A stretch of 60,881 nucleotides of DNA, from the IMG/VR virus record IMGVR_UViG_2528311097_000001, one strand, 5' to 3'. Positions 45,122-54,662 of this stretch are shown in pieces (within the stretch, counting starts at the first letter, position 1; every line of letters starts with the position of its first letter). The DNA is from a virus. Below the pieces are notes generated by a model, which made no database searches, had not been told where the DNA came from, and saw only the letters and a program-made list of their open reading frames with translations. The translations under genes and the position numbers were made by a program.

Positions 45122-46140
45122 TCGTCGCCACCCCTGCTGTGCTGGAGTAGTTCCCAGTTAGGCCCGAGGTCGTACCACTTGCGTGCGAAGAGGTAGGCCG
45201 GGATGGAGATGATTGGTAGAAGTGCACCCACTGTAACGCCCACTACGAGCGATGCGATACCTGTAGCGACGCTCATTCGAAGGACGAACAGTTCGCGGTC
45301 GTAGCGGGGGACCCAGTCGACTCGGGAGCAGCACCGATCAGCACGAACGGCAGTCTCGAGGTTTGTAAACCCAATAATGCCGCTTGCGATGTACATCGAG
45401 AGCCCCAGCGCAAACTGCCCGCTGGTCGATGCGAGTGGCACCGTCAGAGCCCCACCAACGAGCCCTGCGCTGGCGATCGCGAGAACGGACCACGGGCCAT
45501 CCGAGAAATTAAATTCCTGAACAGTCGTCCCACGATGATCATTTTTCTCGCGTTCGTGGAGGTGAAGCCAGTAGCTCCCCACGAGTAAGATCGTGCCTGC
45601 GAGGACAATAGCGGAGATATTAGCAGTGTCGAGGTAGTTCAGGGTCGGAACAAGTCCAGATGTGAATGCAGTCATGATCGTGGTGAGGGCAGTAGCAGCG
45701 AAGAGGAGGACGATACCAGCGGCAGCTCGTCGAGCGAATAGTGTCTTAACAGGTCCACGGCTGACCCAGTGAATCACCTCATCAAGACGGGTGTTGATCT
45801 GTTGGTCACGGCGATTCTGTCGAACGCGCATCTCCCACTCTTCGGTCCCGTGACAGTCGAGGCAGACGAGGGCATGGCTCTCGTCAGAGAAATCAACCTC
45901 ATCGAGGTCGACGATGATCCAATCGCCGAGAGAAGTACCGTCGACAACCGTCCCGCAGCACTCGCAAGTCGAGCTGGCATTCCCGATCGTTCGGAGGATG
46001 ACGCTTAGGTCATAGTCGTGTGGCGGCGTCGCTGTGGGGCTATCCCCGTCCGTCTCACCAGCACCATCCGAACTATTTTGAGTTGTCACGTTGGAATTTG
46101 TTCCAGTAGACATATTATTAAGCATTATCACCACCTCCAT
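45118..46140 (-). CDS. Polytopic membrane protein with N-terminal Cys4 site
   Basis: CECCG...VCLDCH followed by about six hydrophobic helices. Confidence 0.6.
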   Translation of the reverse strand: MEVVIMLNNMSTGTNSNVTTQNSSDGAGETDGDSPTATPPHDYDLSVILRTIGNASSTCECCGTVVDGTSLGDWIIVDLDEVDFSDESHALVCLDCHGTEEWEMRVRQNRRDQQINTRLDEVIHWVSRGPVKTLFARRAAAGIVLLFAATALTTIMTAFTSGLVPTLNYLDTANISAIVLAGTILLVGSYWLHLHEREKNDHRGTTVQEFNFSDGPWSVLAIASAGLVGGALTVPLASTSGQFALGLSMYIASGIIGFTNLETAVRADRCCSRVDWVPRYDRELFVLRMSVATGIASLVVGVTVGALLPIISIPAYLFARKWYDLGPNWELLQHSRGGDE

Positions 46141-48070
46141 TGTCAGACGGATCCTTGCCGAGTTTGAGCAGTTCCTCCGCTAACGGTTTGATCTTTACCG
46201 GGTACGTCCCGTGGTCGTCGATATCAGCTAAACAGTGTGAATATCCCCGCTTTGGCGTCCCTTTGTTCATCTTCCGGGCGAAGGCGCACTCGTTCTCAGT
46301 GAGGCCCAGCTTCTCGCCATACTCGTCGAAGTGGATGCCCGGTTCTTTGTGAATAAACTTGTGTGACGTAAGGTTCGCAAGCGTCTCGGCCTTCGGATGG
46401 ATAAAGAAGTCCTGAGCCTGCTGGGTGATCATATGCAACGAGATGTCGAAGTGTCGGGAGTGGCGGACAATCTTTTCGAGCCACTCGAGACTGTTTGGCG
46501 TCTCAAACAGCCGGTGGATCTCGTCGATGGCAATGACCATGCGTTTGTCCGACGCCTTAGCGCGCTGGTAGATCACGTTGAATGGAGCCTGGAGTCGGAG
46601 GGCCTTCTCCCGATCTGAACCGCCCTGTTGCACGTCGATTAGCGTGGACTTGCCTGAGAGGTCAATGTTCGAGCGGCGCCCCAGATTGGCAAAGTTTCCA
46701 CCCTCGAACGAGTCCATCGCCATGTGAAGGTCCGCAGCAGCGTCTTCCCATTTCTCGGAATCGCGAACGTTCGATGCGCGATCGTCACTCGAGAAGTTGT
46801 ACTCGCCATCTGGCGTTCGGGCGAAGAATCCCTCGGCATCGTCGGCGATCATGCCAAGCGTCTCGCGGAGATCGAGCGGTGCTGGACTCGGATTTGAGTG
46901 GGTCTTCGGATCTTCGTTGATCTCCATCCGGTAGGCGGTCTTGCGGATCCCTTTCTGCAGAACCGTCCACTCGTCTCGTGTGAGACCGCCGTCAGAGCCG
47001 CCGGCCTGCGAGAAGAACGTCTCAAACCACCCCAGCGTCGTCGATGCCCAATGGTTGAACGGGTTGAGTCCCTCTTCCTCAACAACGTGAATGGGCGTTG
47101 GCTGGATCTCCATCGGGTTGACAGCGTTCTCACCACCGAGAGGGAGGCGCTTTGCTCCAGTTTCATGGGCGAGTTTGTCGAGGCCGTTGACCGGGTCAAT
47201 CATCACGAGGATGGTGTCGGGATCCATCGCAAGCCGTCGAAGCAACATCATCATCGTCCCAAAAGACTTGCCTGACCCGAGGTCGCCGATAGTGAGTGCG
47301 TTGTAGCCCCCCTCACGATTCCAGCGGTCGAAGGCGAACGGCTCGTCAGTAACCGCGTGGTACCCGATCAAGACACCATCGGGCTCGTAAAGCGTACTCG
47401 CAGAAAACGGGAACATCGCACCAACGGCATCCCCAAGCATCTTTCCCGACGCACCACCGAGCATGTCCTTCGCGATCGGGGACGTGCTTGTTAGTGCGTC
47501 GTCGCTCTGGTAGTCGATCGTTCGGATCGATATATCGTTCTTGTTGAGCTCGTCAGTGATCGAGCGTGCCTCGTTAGTGACGACATCTCTCGACTTGCCT
47601 CGAATGCGAATGTAAACGCCGACATCCCAGAGTTTCTGTGACCCCGTCTTGAGTTCATCGCGGATGAACTGGTGCTCTGCGATCTGCTGTTTTGTGAGGC
47701 CGATATCCGGATCCTCTTGTTTCTGCTGCTGGCGGAGTTTGACTTTGAGCTTCTGAATCGACCGGTCGATCTTCTGGACCATCTGCTGACTGTCAGCCGG
47801 ATTGAAGTGAATGACGGGTTCGACAGCCGTGTTGGGGTGCGTATTGATCAGGTCAATGATTCCCGGTTCGATCTTCGAGGGCATCGACGTGATACAGAGG
47901 TGCTTGATCCAGTCTTCGCCAGACCGGCACCCGCCTAGTTCGTAGGCGACCGACGACGGGCCGACAGCACGCGCTTGGTGTTCTCGGGCCTCATCGACGG
48001 ACCCAGTGTCCGCACTCGTGTCGAACTTGTCCGATACTTTTTCCTTCAGGTGTGCGATTTTTCCACTCAT
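46118..48070 (-). CDS. virB4: VirB4-like T4SS ATPase
   Basis: FPFS...GVLIG...PFAFDRW, NALTIGDLGSGKS (47264-47287), IDP, AVNPME, VIAIDEIH, RHSRHF...TQQ. Confidence 0.9.
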   Translation of the reverse strand: MSGKIAHLKEKVSDKFDTSADTGSVDEAREHQARAVGPSSVAYELGGCRSGEDWIKHLCITSMPSKIEPGIIDLINTHPNTAVEPVIHFNPADSQQMVQKIDRSIQKLKVKLRQQQKQEDPDIGLTKQQIAEHQFIRDELKTGSQKLWDVGVYIRIRGKSRDVVTNEARSITDELNKNDISIRTIDYQSDDALTSTSPIAKDMLGGASGKMLGDAVGAMFPFSASTLYEPDGVLIGYHAVTDEPFAFDRWNREGGYNALTIGDLGSGKSFGTMMMLLRRLAMDPDTILVMIDPVNGLDKLAHETGAKRLPLGGENAVNPMEIQPTPIHVVEEEGLNPFNHWASTTLGWFETFFSQAGGSDGGLTRDEWTVLQKGIRKTAYRMEINEDPKTHSNPSPAPLDLRETLGMIADDAEGFFARTPDGEYNFSSDDRASNVRDSEKWEDAAADLHMAMDSFEGGNFANLGRRSNIDLSGKSTLIDVQQGGSDREKALRLQAPFNVIYQRAKASDKRMVIAIDEIHRLFETPNSLEWLEKIVRHSRHFDISLHMITQQAQDFFIHPKAETLANLTSHKFIHKEPGIHFDEYGEKLGLTENECAFARKMNKGTPKRGYSHCLADIDDHGTYPVKIKPLAEELLKLGKDPSDNGGGDNA

Positions 48071-48071
48071 A

Positions 48072-49511
48072 TTAACTCATTGCCTCTTTTGTCTCCGCAT
48101 CTGCATCCGCGGCCTCCGTTGCTGTGTCCGACTGCTCCATCTCCTCGACAAGGGCCGCAGCAGCCTCTTCTATCGAATCATACTCTTTGCCAAGACTCGC
48201 CTCATCGGGCGCGGTCGATCCAGGCGATTCATCCGAGAGTTCCGGTTCGGAAGCAGTACCGAGATCTTCGTCGACGTTGTCTTCCGGGACGTCTTCAATG
48301 GTGCCAGCAGACCGCTGTAGATCGGAGATGATCTGCTGATCGAGTTCGTCATCGGCCAACTGGTCGGGCGAACGCATGTCGCCCTGCGTTTCCGTATATT
48401 CGCGAGACATCGTGACCAGCGGGAGTGAACGGTCGTCCCGTTCTTCAGTTACGACGCGCTCGCCGGTCCACGACTCCTCGAGGACGCTAATCAAGTCGTC
48501 CATTGAGAGTTGGTCCGCATCGCAACCAGTGATGCCCGCGAGATTTTTCTTGAGAGAGTTCCGTCGACCATTCATGACCTGCTCTTGTCGATAGCGAATC
48601 TCTGGGACAGTGAGATCCCTCGAGGCCAGCAATGAAGCGATTGTGGAGCCGACCAGAGGAAACTCGTCCAGACGGCCGAGGACCCGGTGGCCCTGCATTT
48701 GGACCTCCTCCATCGTGACCGGAGCAAGCATCTGGAAGCCGCGAATGCTGGCGTTCTTCGACTCCATCTGATTTGAGAGGTTGTCCTTGTACATCGAAAC
48801 GTTCTGCTGGAGATTCGGGTTACTCCGGACATCCGTGTCCCCCAGTCGATCGCCGAATTTTCGCTTAACACCCTCAGTATCGATTTTAACCGAGCCGTTT
48901 CGGAGTTCTCCCGAGTGGCTGAGGGAATTGACGATGTCCCCGAGCTCGTCGGCGGCAGTCTCCCAGTCGGCCTGTGTGGCAAGCGAGAGTTCGGCAGGAT
49001 CAATACTCACACCACCAACCAGAGCGCCATCGAATCGCCACACAGCATCGGATTGTGGTGCAAACCCATCGACACGGGTGAGATCCTCCAAGGCACGACG
49101 ATCGCCGTTAGTCGAGATACTGTCCTTCGTGATCCGTCCCGAGTCGCCCCTGTGTGCCGACCGGTAATCAGACCCGAATTTGAACCCCTTCTTGCACTTC
49201 AACCATTTGTAGAAGGACATCCCCGGTGGCGATACGTAGATGCCGACGACGACGGTTCCGATGAGGAGTGTCGACATACCGAGGGCGAGGAGTGCCCAGT
49301 TGCGGCCGTCGGGGACGACGTTGCCGACGATGAGGAACGTCATCAGCGACCCGAACAAAAGAAGGATGTCCGAGAACGCGATGTCTGTATCGGTAAAGTC
49401 CATTACCCCCATCGTCCCGAGCGAGTCGAGATTCCGACGGGTGGCGTTCTTCTTCCCGTGGAGCGATTCAACCAAATCTTCGATTTGTGTTTGTTCCGAG
49501 TTGCTTGCCAT
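48072..49511 (-). CDS. VirB3/PrgI-like membrane protein with large cytoplasmic domain
   Basis: Two N-terminal TM helices, directly upstream of VirB4; start MASNSEQ (49511). Confidence 0.6.
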   Translation of the reverse strand: MASNSEQTQIEDLVESLHGKKNATRRNLDSLGTMGVMDFTDTDIAFSDILLLFGSLMTFLIVGNVVPDGRNWALLALGMSTLLIGTVVVGIYVSPPGMSFYKWLKCKKGFKFGSDYRSAHRGDSGRITKDSISTNGDRRALEDLTRVDGFAPQSDAVWRFDGALVGGVSIDPAELSLATQADWETAADELGDIVNSLSHSGELRNGSVKIDTEGVKRKFGDRLGDTDVRSNPNLQQNVSMYKDNLSNQMESKNASIRGFQMLAPVTMEEVQMQGHRVLGRLDEFPLVGSTIASLLASRDLTVPEIRYRQEQVMNGRRNSLKKNLAGITGCDADQLSMDDLISVLEESWTGERVVTEERDDRSLPLVTMSREYTETQGDMRSPDQLADDELDQQIISDLQRSAGTIEDVPEDNVDEDLGTASEPELSDESPGSTAPDEASLGKEYDSIEEAAAALVEEMEQSDTATEAADADAETKEAMS

Positions 49512-49512
49512 A

Positions 49513-51471
49513 TTAGATCCCTCGTGCGTTATCAACAGTCGACCGACTCTCTGCATTCTGTTCAGCTTCCGAAAGGCCGAGGCCATGATTATCTGACTCT
49601 GCGACTTCCGAGACATCGTAGAACTGCTGGTCGTTCTCTCCACGAACGAACAAGTCGCGTTCGCCGTAGGCATCGTCCACTCGCTTGAACGTCTCTCCAG
49701 TAACCATCTCCGACGATCGGGGGACATTGAGCATCTTCTGGAACTCGATGTCGGTTCCCGGACCGCTGCCGGTGAAGTACCCTGCACGATACTTCTGGTC
49801 GCCGGGCAGATCGTCCGGAGAAGTGACCGTCGTAATCGACGGATCATCCACAGAGACACGTCCCTCGGGAGAGTCCCGCACAGTAGCACCAGACGAGGTC
49901 CCCGACGAGGAGTGGCTTGCACTCGCGCTAGCGGACGGCCCTGACGACGGGCTAGGTCCAGATCCACCAGGAAGAGCTGTCCCCGACGGATTCGTTCCAG
50001 TAGATGCTCCCGCAGACGTGGGTGCGCTTGCGCCCGTGTCAGCGGATGCGAGGTCAGAGCCACCCGTAGAGAGTCCCGACGAGGACGAACCAGAACCGAG
50101 CGCCCCGCCCGTCCCCGAGCCGCCACTGCCGAGTGCGTGCCCATTGACTGCGTTGCTGATACCGCCAGCAGCTGCCGACGTGCCAGACCCAGCAGCCCCA
50201 CCAGCGGCGGCACCAGCTCCAGCAGCGCTACCACCGCCGAGTCGGCCAAGCGCACTCGAGATCGCGCCAAGGCCGACCGATCCGGCGATGATGGCACCGG
50301 CACCAGCACCGACCCGCTTGAACCAGAACAAGTATATCGACGAGATGAACGCCAAGAGCCAGATCACGATGATTGCGACTGCGCTCACAGGGACAGCGCC
50401 CCACTCTGCAGGCCCCGGCAGGAGGTTCTCGATCGCACCGAGAACCGAGTATCCCACTGAGAGGACGACAACCGCGGGTAATGGGAAAAACGCCGCGGAG
50501 GGGAATAACTCGAGGACGCCTTCGAACGCTTCGGCGACACCCTTCATGATCCACACCTTCGGCACGCTCATGGCGATCAGTATCGGCATGGCTGGGAAGA
50601 TGACATAGAGAAACAGCCAGGTCACGAAGAACGTGAATGCCATCGCGAGGGCGAACGCGCCACCGAACGCATAGAATAGGAGGATGCTGATTCCGGCCGC
50701 GGCATTGTTCGCAGCGATCGAGGATGTATCGGGAGCAATCGTGCTCGGATCAAGTGGAACGGCGTTCATCGCGAACGACGCTGCAAAGAGGATGATCGTT
50801 CCGAGCGCCCACGAAAACGGGATGAGAAGCAGCTTGATCCATGCCTCTTGCTGGGCGATCTTGATCTGCTGGTAGGTCGGCGTCGGCGGCCATACCATCC
50901 CCAGGATATACAGAACGAGGGTCATGATGAGCCAGATCGCCGCCCCTGCGACTAAACTGACGCCGTACCAATACTCGTACAGGATAGACATCAGGTCTCC
51001 ATCGGGTTCGCCACTGACGGCGACCGAGCCATCCTGCATCGGATAGACCGTACTCGACTGGAGTGCCTCGGCCATCGAGACGAGGAGGTCAGTCCCGAAC
51101 GTGAACCACGGCTCGAAGAAACTGATGAGGAGCCCGACGGGATCGATCGATATCGGGAAGATTCCACTGTCATCATTCTCCTCTGGTCGGTAGGTGTCCG
51201 AACCGCCGCCCGTCGCGTTTTCAGACTCGCTTTCTGAATCATTCACAGCATCCCCGCCCTGTGGAGTAGGGTTCGATGGGACCGAGTCGACGCGATCAGA
51301 GGCCGAACTATTACCACTCGCGTTTGGGCTCTCGACGCCCGTCGTCTCATTGGATTGGGCCACGACAGGCCCAGCCCCAACCATAACTACAGCCCCGACA
51401 CTCATCGAGATGAGAAGAACAACCAGCAGGGCAGAGAGTGTCGCGTTGGTCTGTCGGGGACGGGTTATCAT
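49513..51471 (-). CDS. VirB6/TrbL-like polytopic membrane protein
   Basis: Signal peptide (VVAQS), about 8 hydrophobic helices, long Gly/Ser/Ala-rich tail typical of TrbL. Confidence 0.7.
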   Translation of the reverse strand: MITRPRQTNATLSALLVVLLISMSVGAVVMVGAGPVVAQSNETTGVESPNASGNSSASDRVDSVPSNPTPQGGDAVNDSESESENATGGGSDTYRPEENDDSGIFPISIDPVGLLISFFEPWFTFGTDLLVSMAEALQSSTVYPMQDGSVAVSGEPDGDLMSILYEYWYGVSLVAGAAIWLIMTLVLYILGMVWPPTPTYQQIKIAQQEAWIKLLLIPFSWALGTIILFAASFAMNAVPLDPSTIAPDTSSIAANNAAAGISILLFYAFGGAFALAMAFTFFVTWLFLYVIFPAMPILIAMSVPKVWIMKGVAEAFEGVLELFPSAAFFPLPAVVVLSVGYSVLGAIENLLPGPAEWGAVPVSAVAIIVIWLLAFISSIYLFWFKRVGAGAGAIIAGSVGLGAISSALGRLGGGSAAGAGAAAGGAAGSGTSAAAGGISNAVNGHALGSGGSGTGGALGSGSSSSGLSTGGSDLASADTGASAPTSAGASTGTNPSGTALPGGSGPSPSSGPSASASASHSSSGTSSGATVRDSPEGRVSVDDPSITTVTSPDDLPGDQKYRAGYFTGSGPGTDIEFQKMLNVPRSSEMVTGETFKRVDDAYGERDLFVRGENDQQFYDVSEVAESDNHGLGLSEAEQNAESRSTVDNARGI

Positions 51472-51491
51472 AGAAAGGGTCACTGGACGGA

Positions 51492-52010
51492 TTAGAGAAT
51501 GCCGAGCCCACCAGTAACGCACTCGGCAAATGTGAAGCCGAACACGTCGCCGAAGACCATCTGGATTAAGGTCGGGGCGAGGAGTGCAACGCCGAGTCCC
51601 ATGAACCCACGCTTGGCCCAGTTGATGTCGCCCTCGAGCTTACCCGGTGTTTTGTGTATCGCGTAGGACATGCCGGCAACGATCAAGACGCCAAGGCAGA
51701 CGACGAAGCCGATACGTTGGAGCATCGGAAGGCCATTGGCTGCTGCCTGCTGTGTGATCGTGGAACAACCTTCGCCACCAACATCCTGTGACTGAGCCAA
51801 GACAGTCCCGACGGAGAACATGTACGCAGTGATCCCGATTAAGGCGTAGATCGCCATGTCGGCCGCCATGGAGCGTGTCTCGTGAAGGGCATACTTCAGC
51901 CGACTCGATTCTTCGCGATCAAGTGGGTTCGTTCGTGAGCGTGCGATTCGGCCCGCCAGGCCGGACATCGCAGGTTCGTCGTCATCGGTACAGGACGTAT
52001 CTGAGTCCAT
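51492..52010 (-). CDS. VirB2/TrbC-like pilin
   Basis: Hydrophobic leader ending VLA-QSQ, then two TM helices around a basic loop; first gene of the operon. Confidence 0.6.
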   Translation of the reverse strand: MDSDTSCTDDDEPAMSGLAGRIARSRTNPLDREESSRLKYALHETRSMAADMAIYALIGITAYMFSVGTVLAQSQDVGGEGCSTITQQAAANGLPMLQRIGFVVCLGVLIVAGMSYAIHKTPGKLEGDINWAKRGFMGLGVALLAPTLIQMVFGDVFGFTFAECVTGGLGIL

Positions 52011-52032
52011 AGTAGTACACTATCCTCATGTG

Positions 52033-52040
52033 CAATTAAA
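52033..52040 (-). promoter_or_regulatory. TATA box of the T4SS-like operon
   Basis: TTTAATTG 23-30 nt upstream of ATG 52010. Confidence 0.5.
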
Positions 52041-52157
52041 CTTACGTATCGTCCAGTAAATTCGTAAAGTCGTACCGAGCAAGCGAATCGAATGGAGGGA
52101 GTGACCAACCAGTACAACTATAATTGATGCCTCTCGAAATTATCACCACTACACTAC

Positions 52158-52523
52158 ATGTCATCCCGATTGACCCCTGTCGACAACCAGATTCTTACTG
52201 TTCTCAGCCTTGAATGTGCACGCACCCAGGGCTACCTTGCCGACCGGACTGGCCGATCGAGACAACAGATCCACACTCGTCTTCAGATCCTCTCCGAGGG
52301 GAGGGCGCTCCGACGCGTTCATTCATCCACAGCCACCTACGAGCTTATTACAGACCCGCGGGGTGGCGCTGACCAGCCCCTCGTGGAGCTGCAACTCATC
52401 AATCCTGACGGGGACGATCTCGGGACTGAAGAAGTACAGCTTGATTCTGCGGGCGTTCCGGTCGTACATCGCTACCAGTGGTATGACGAGGACGGCGATG
52501 GCGAGCAGCCCGCCGGCGATTGA
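52158..52523 (+). CDS. Winged-helix regulator divergent from the tra operon
   Basis: RTQGYLADRTGRSRQQIHTRLQIL...RRVH..TATYELITDPR. Confidence 0.75.
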   Translation: MSSRLTPVDNQILTVLSLECARTQGYLADRTGRSRQQIHTRLQILSEGRALRRVHSSTATYELITDPRGGADQPLVELQLINPDGDDLGTEEVQLDSAGVPVVHRYQWYDEDGDGEQPAGD

Positions 52524-52911
52524 GGCCGCACCGCACTCCGCTTCCCTGCTCTTCTCACAGCTTCTGGATCGCCCTGTGTCGACACTCGTTGAGGTGTTGA
52601 TTAACTCTGCTCGAGGAGATGTTGATGGTCTTTATTTGATGAAATGTTGAGATTCTATATGACCCGCTGATCTGTTCTGTTGTGATGTGTTCTGAGTGAT
52701 GAAGTGTTCACCAGGATCTGCATGATGAGATGATAGTGTCCTGGAGCCCCTGGGGTATCGGGTGAGCTTTATCGTGTTCTGTGTCCAGTACCGCTTTCGC
52801 ACTGCGCGTCACCCCTGCGGGGTTCCTTACTTCGTCGGAGTTTGAGGCTGTACAGCTATTCTTTTGATGGCTGTAGGGAAGATTAAAGAGAAGAGGAACG
52901 TATCATGACAC

Positions 52912-53469
52912 ATGGCAATAGCAGTGGACTCCACCGTCGAGATGGATACCACCCTCCATCACAATGCTGTCAACGTCCTCCTCGCGATCTACGATGCGGA
53001 AGACGAGACAGCTAACACAAGCCAGATAGGGGCCGTTACGGGGCTCTCAAGTGCCAATATTTCCGGCGGACACGCTCAGACACTTGAACGGGAAGGATTG
53101 ATTGAACGAGCTGGATCTGTCGAGAGTAGCGCGCCGAGGGATACGAACGTCTATACCGTAACACACCGTGGTCGGAAGGAAGCAAAGCGTCTTTTAAATG
53201 AAACCGATGCCGAGGTTCCGATGTCGGATGGGGAGAAGTTGGCCCTGTTGAATCTGCTCAAAGACCATGCCGGTGGCATCGAACAAGCCCCCAGGAGTAG
53301 AGGGCAGGATGCGGTAAGCCGAGAAGAGCTCAAGGAACTCCGTCAAGAGGTAGCCGAAGTTAAATCGATGCTGGAGAGTCACGAAGAGCGGCTGAATGAC
53401 CATGACGATGGTTTCGAAAACGCATGGAATACATTAGAGAAGGTCGTAGATAGAGTAGTGGAAGACTAA
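52912..53469 (+). CDS. wHTH protein with C-terminal coiled coil
   Basis: ANTSQIGAVTGLS...LEREGLIER...VYTVTHRG; heptad tail; start may be 52942. Confidence 0.7.
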   Translation: MAIAVDSTVEMDTTLHHNAVNVLLAIYDAEDETANTSQIGAVTGLSSANISGGHAQTLEREGLIERAGSVESSAPRDTNVYTVTHRGRKEAKRLLNETDAEVPMSDGEKLALLNLLKDHAGGIEQAPRSRGQDAVSREELKELRQEVAEVKSMLESHEERLNDHDDGFENAWNTLEKVVDRVVED

Positions 53470-53813
53470 TCCTCGATCCCAAGCACTTCGCGTACAGTCT
53501 TCTCGGAGAAGGCTGCCTCCAAGACGGCAGGGTAGAAGTCTGCGTTCTTCTGTAGCTTCTCGCCGTGCTCACGGCGATACTCGAGGTTAAGTTCTTGGAA
53601 TTGGAGATCAAGCGTATCTACTTCCTCCTCGGACAGGTACATCGTCAGGGCCGTCTTGTCCTTCGTAGACGGCCTACCAGTAGAGTTTGTAGATGATGTT
53701 TTGCTCGTTTTGGATGTTTTGTTTGTTTGTTCTTCAGTAGACGCTTCGTCCGAATTGTTCTGAAAGCGGGCGTTGAGTGAATCCTTTCGGGAGTCCTTTG
53801 GGTCATCGCTCAT
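53466..53813 (-). CDS. ParA partner (putative centromere-binding protein)
   Basis: ATGA-coupled downstream of parA; disordered N-terminus with KTSKTSKT, then TMYL..E....LD RHH-like segment. Confidence 0.65.
   Translation of the reverse strand: MSDDPKDSRKDSLNARFQNNSDEASTEEQTNKTSKTSKTSSTNSTGRPSTKDKTALTMYLSEEEVDTLDLQFQELNLEYRREHGEKLQKNADFYPAVLEAAFSEKTVREVLGIED
53707..53721. repeat. Intragenic inverted copy of par-promoter repeat
   Basis: GTTTTGGATGTTTTG is the exact reverse complement of CAAAACATCCAAAAC at 54618-54632. Confidence 0.7.
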
Positions 53814-54565
53814 CGGACCACCTCAGCCATTTCGAGGAACACGTCTCCCATATCACACTCCTCCTCATGGTGGAATATGGACGTTCCGTTCGACCAGGCC
53901 CGTTTGAGTGCGACGCGTTTTCGGATCTCGTAGACTGGCACGGCCGGCTCGAACGTCTCTCGGAACCACGTCATCATCTCGTCTGACTCGCCGTCGTTCT
54001 CGACACGGTTCGCCGCGATCGCGTCGACGGCGATCGTCTCGTCGAAGTTCTCCTCGATAGTATCGACCTGGTCGAACAGTATCTCGACGGCACGGGTCGA
54101 CGTTGATTCGGCCAGCCCTGGGACGACGATGCTATCGCACGCCAATAGTGCCGAGTCCGTGAGGATCCCCAGCCACGGTGGGCAGTCGATGATAATGTAA
54201 TCCGGGTCAGCGTCGAGCTGCTCGAGCGCCATGTCGAGGCGTTCTCGATTTCGCATCTCGGTGATGAGCTCCGGTTCGGCGTTGAACATCTCGATGTTCG
54301 ACGGAGCCAAGCGTAGTTCGTCATGGTCGACCAGAATGTCGTTGATTGTTGACTGGTCCGAGAGGAGTGTGTCGTATAGAGACGGGCCGGAGGCATCGTC
54401 ATATTCGCCCGTGAATCCGAGTCCCTCAGTTGCGTTCCCCTGGGGGTCGAGGTCGACAAACAGTACGTCCTCGCCAACCTGGTTGAGTGCTCCCGCGAGA
54501 TTGATCGCGACGGTGGTCTTTCCGACGCCGCCCTTCTGGTTTGTGATGGCTATCTTTTTCGCCAT
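53810..54565 (-). CDS. parA: ParA/Soj partition ATPase
   Basis: NQKGGVGKTT deviant Walker A, VDLDPQGN, YIIIDCPP. Confidence 0.95.
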   Translation of the reverse strand: MAKKIAITNQKGGVGKTTVAINLAGALNQVGEDVLFVDLDPQGNATEGLGFTGEYDDASGPSLYDTLLSDQSTINDILVDHDELRLAPSNIEMFNAEPELITEMRNRERLDMALEQLDADPDYIIIDCPPWLGILTDSALLACDSIVVPGLAESTSTRAVEILFDQVDTIEENFDETIAVDAIAANRVENDGESDEMMTWFRETFEPAVPVYEIRKRVALKRAWSNGTSIFHHEEECDMGDVFLEMAEVVR

Positions 54566-54569
54566 GTCT

Positions 54570-54641
54570 GTATTGTCTATCCAAAACGTCAAATAAGTAC
54601 CGTCAGACAAGTCTATCCAAAACATCCAAAACAGACAATAC
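54570..54641. repeat. Direct and inverted repeats upstream of parA (parS/operator candidate)
   Basis: GTCTATCCAAAAC at 54575 and 54611, ATCCAAAAC at 54624; GTATTGTCT (54570) / AGACAATAC (54633) inverted pair. Confidence 0.7.
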
Positions 54642-54662
54642 GGAGTAAACTATATCGAGGGT

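Noticed and set aside
48072-50309. 745-aa version of the VirB3-like ORF
   Set aside because: The upstream 266 codons overlap the VirB6-like gene in another frame and are Arg-rich; the real start is ATG 49511
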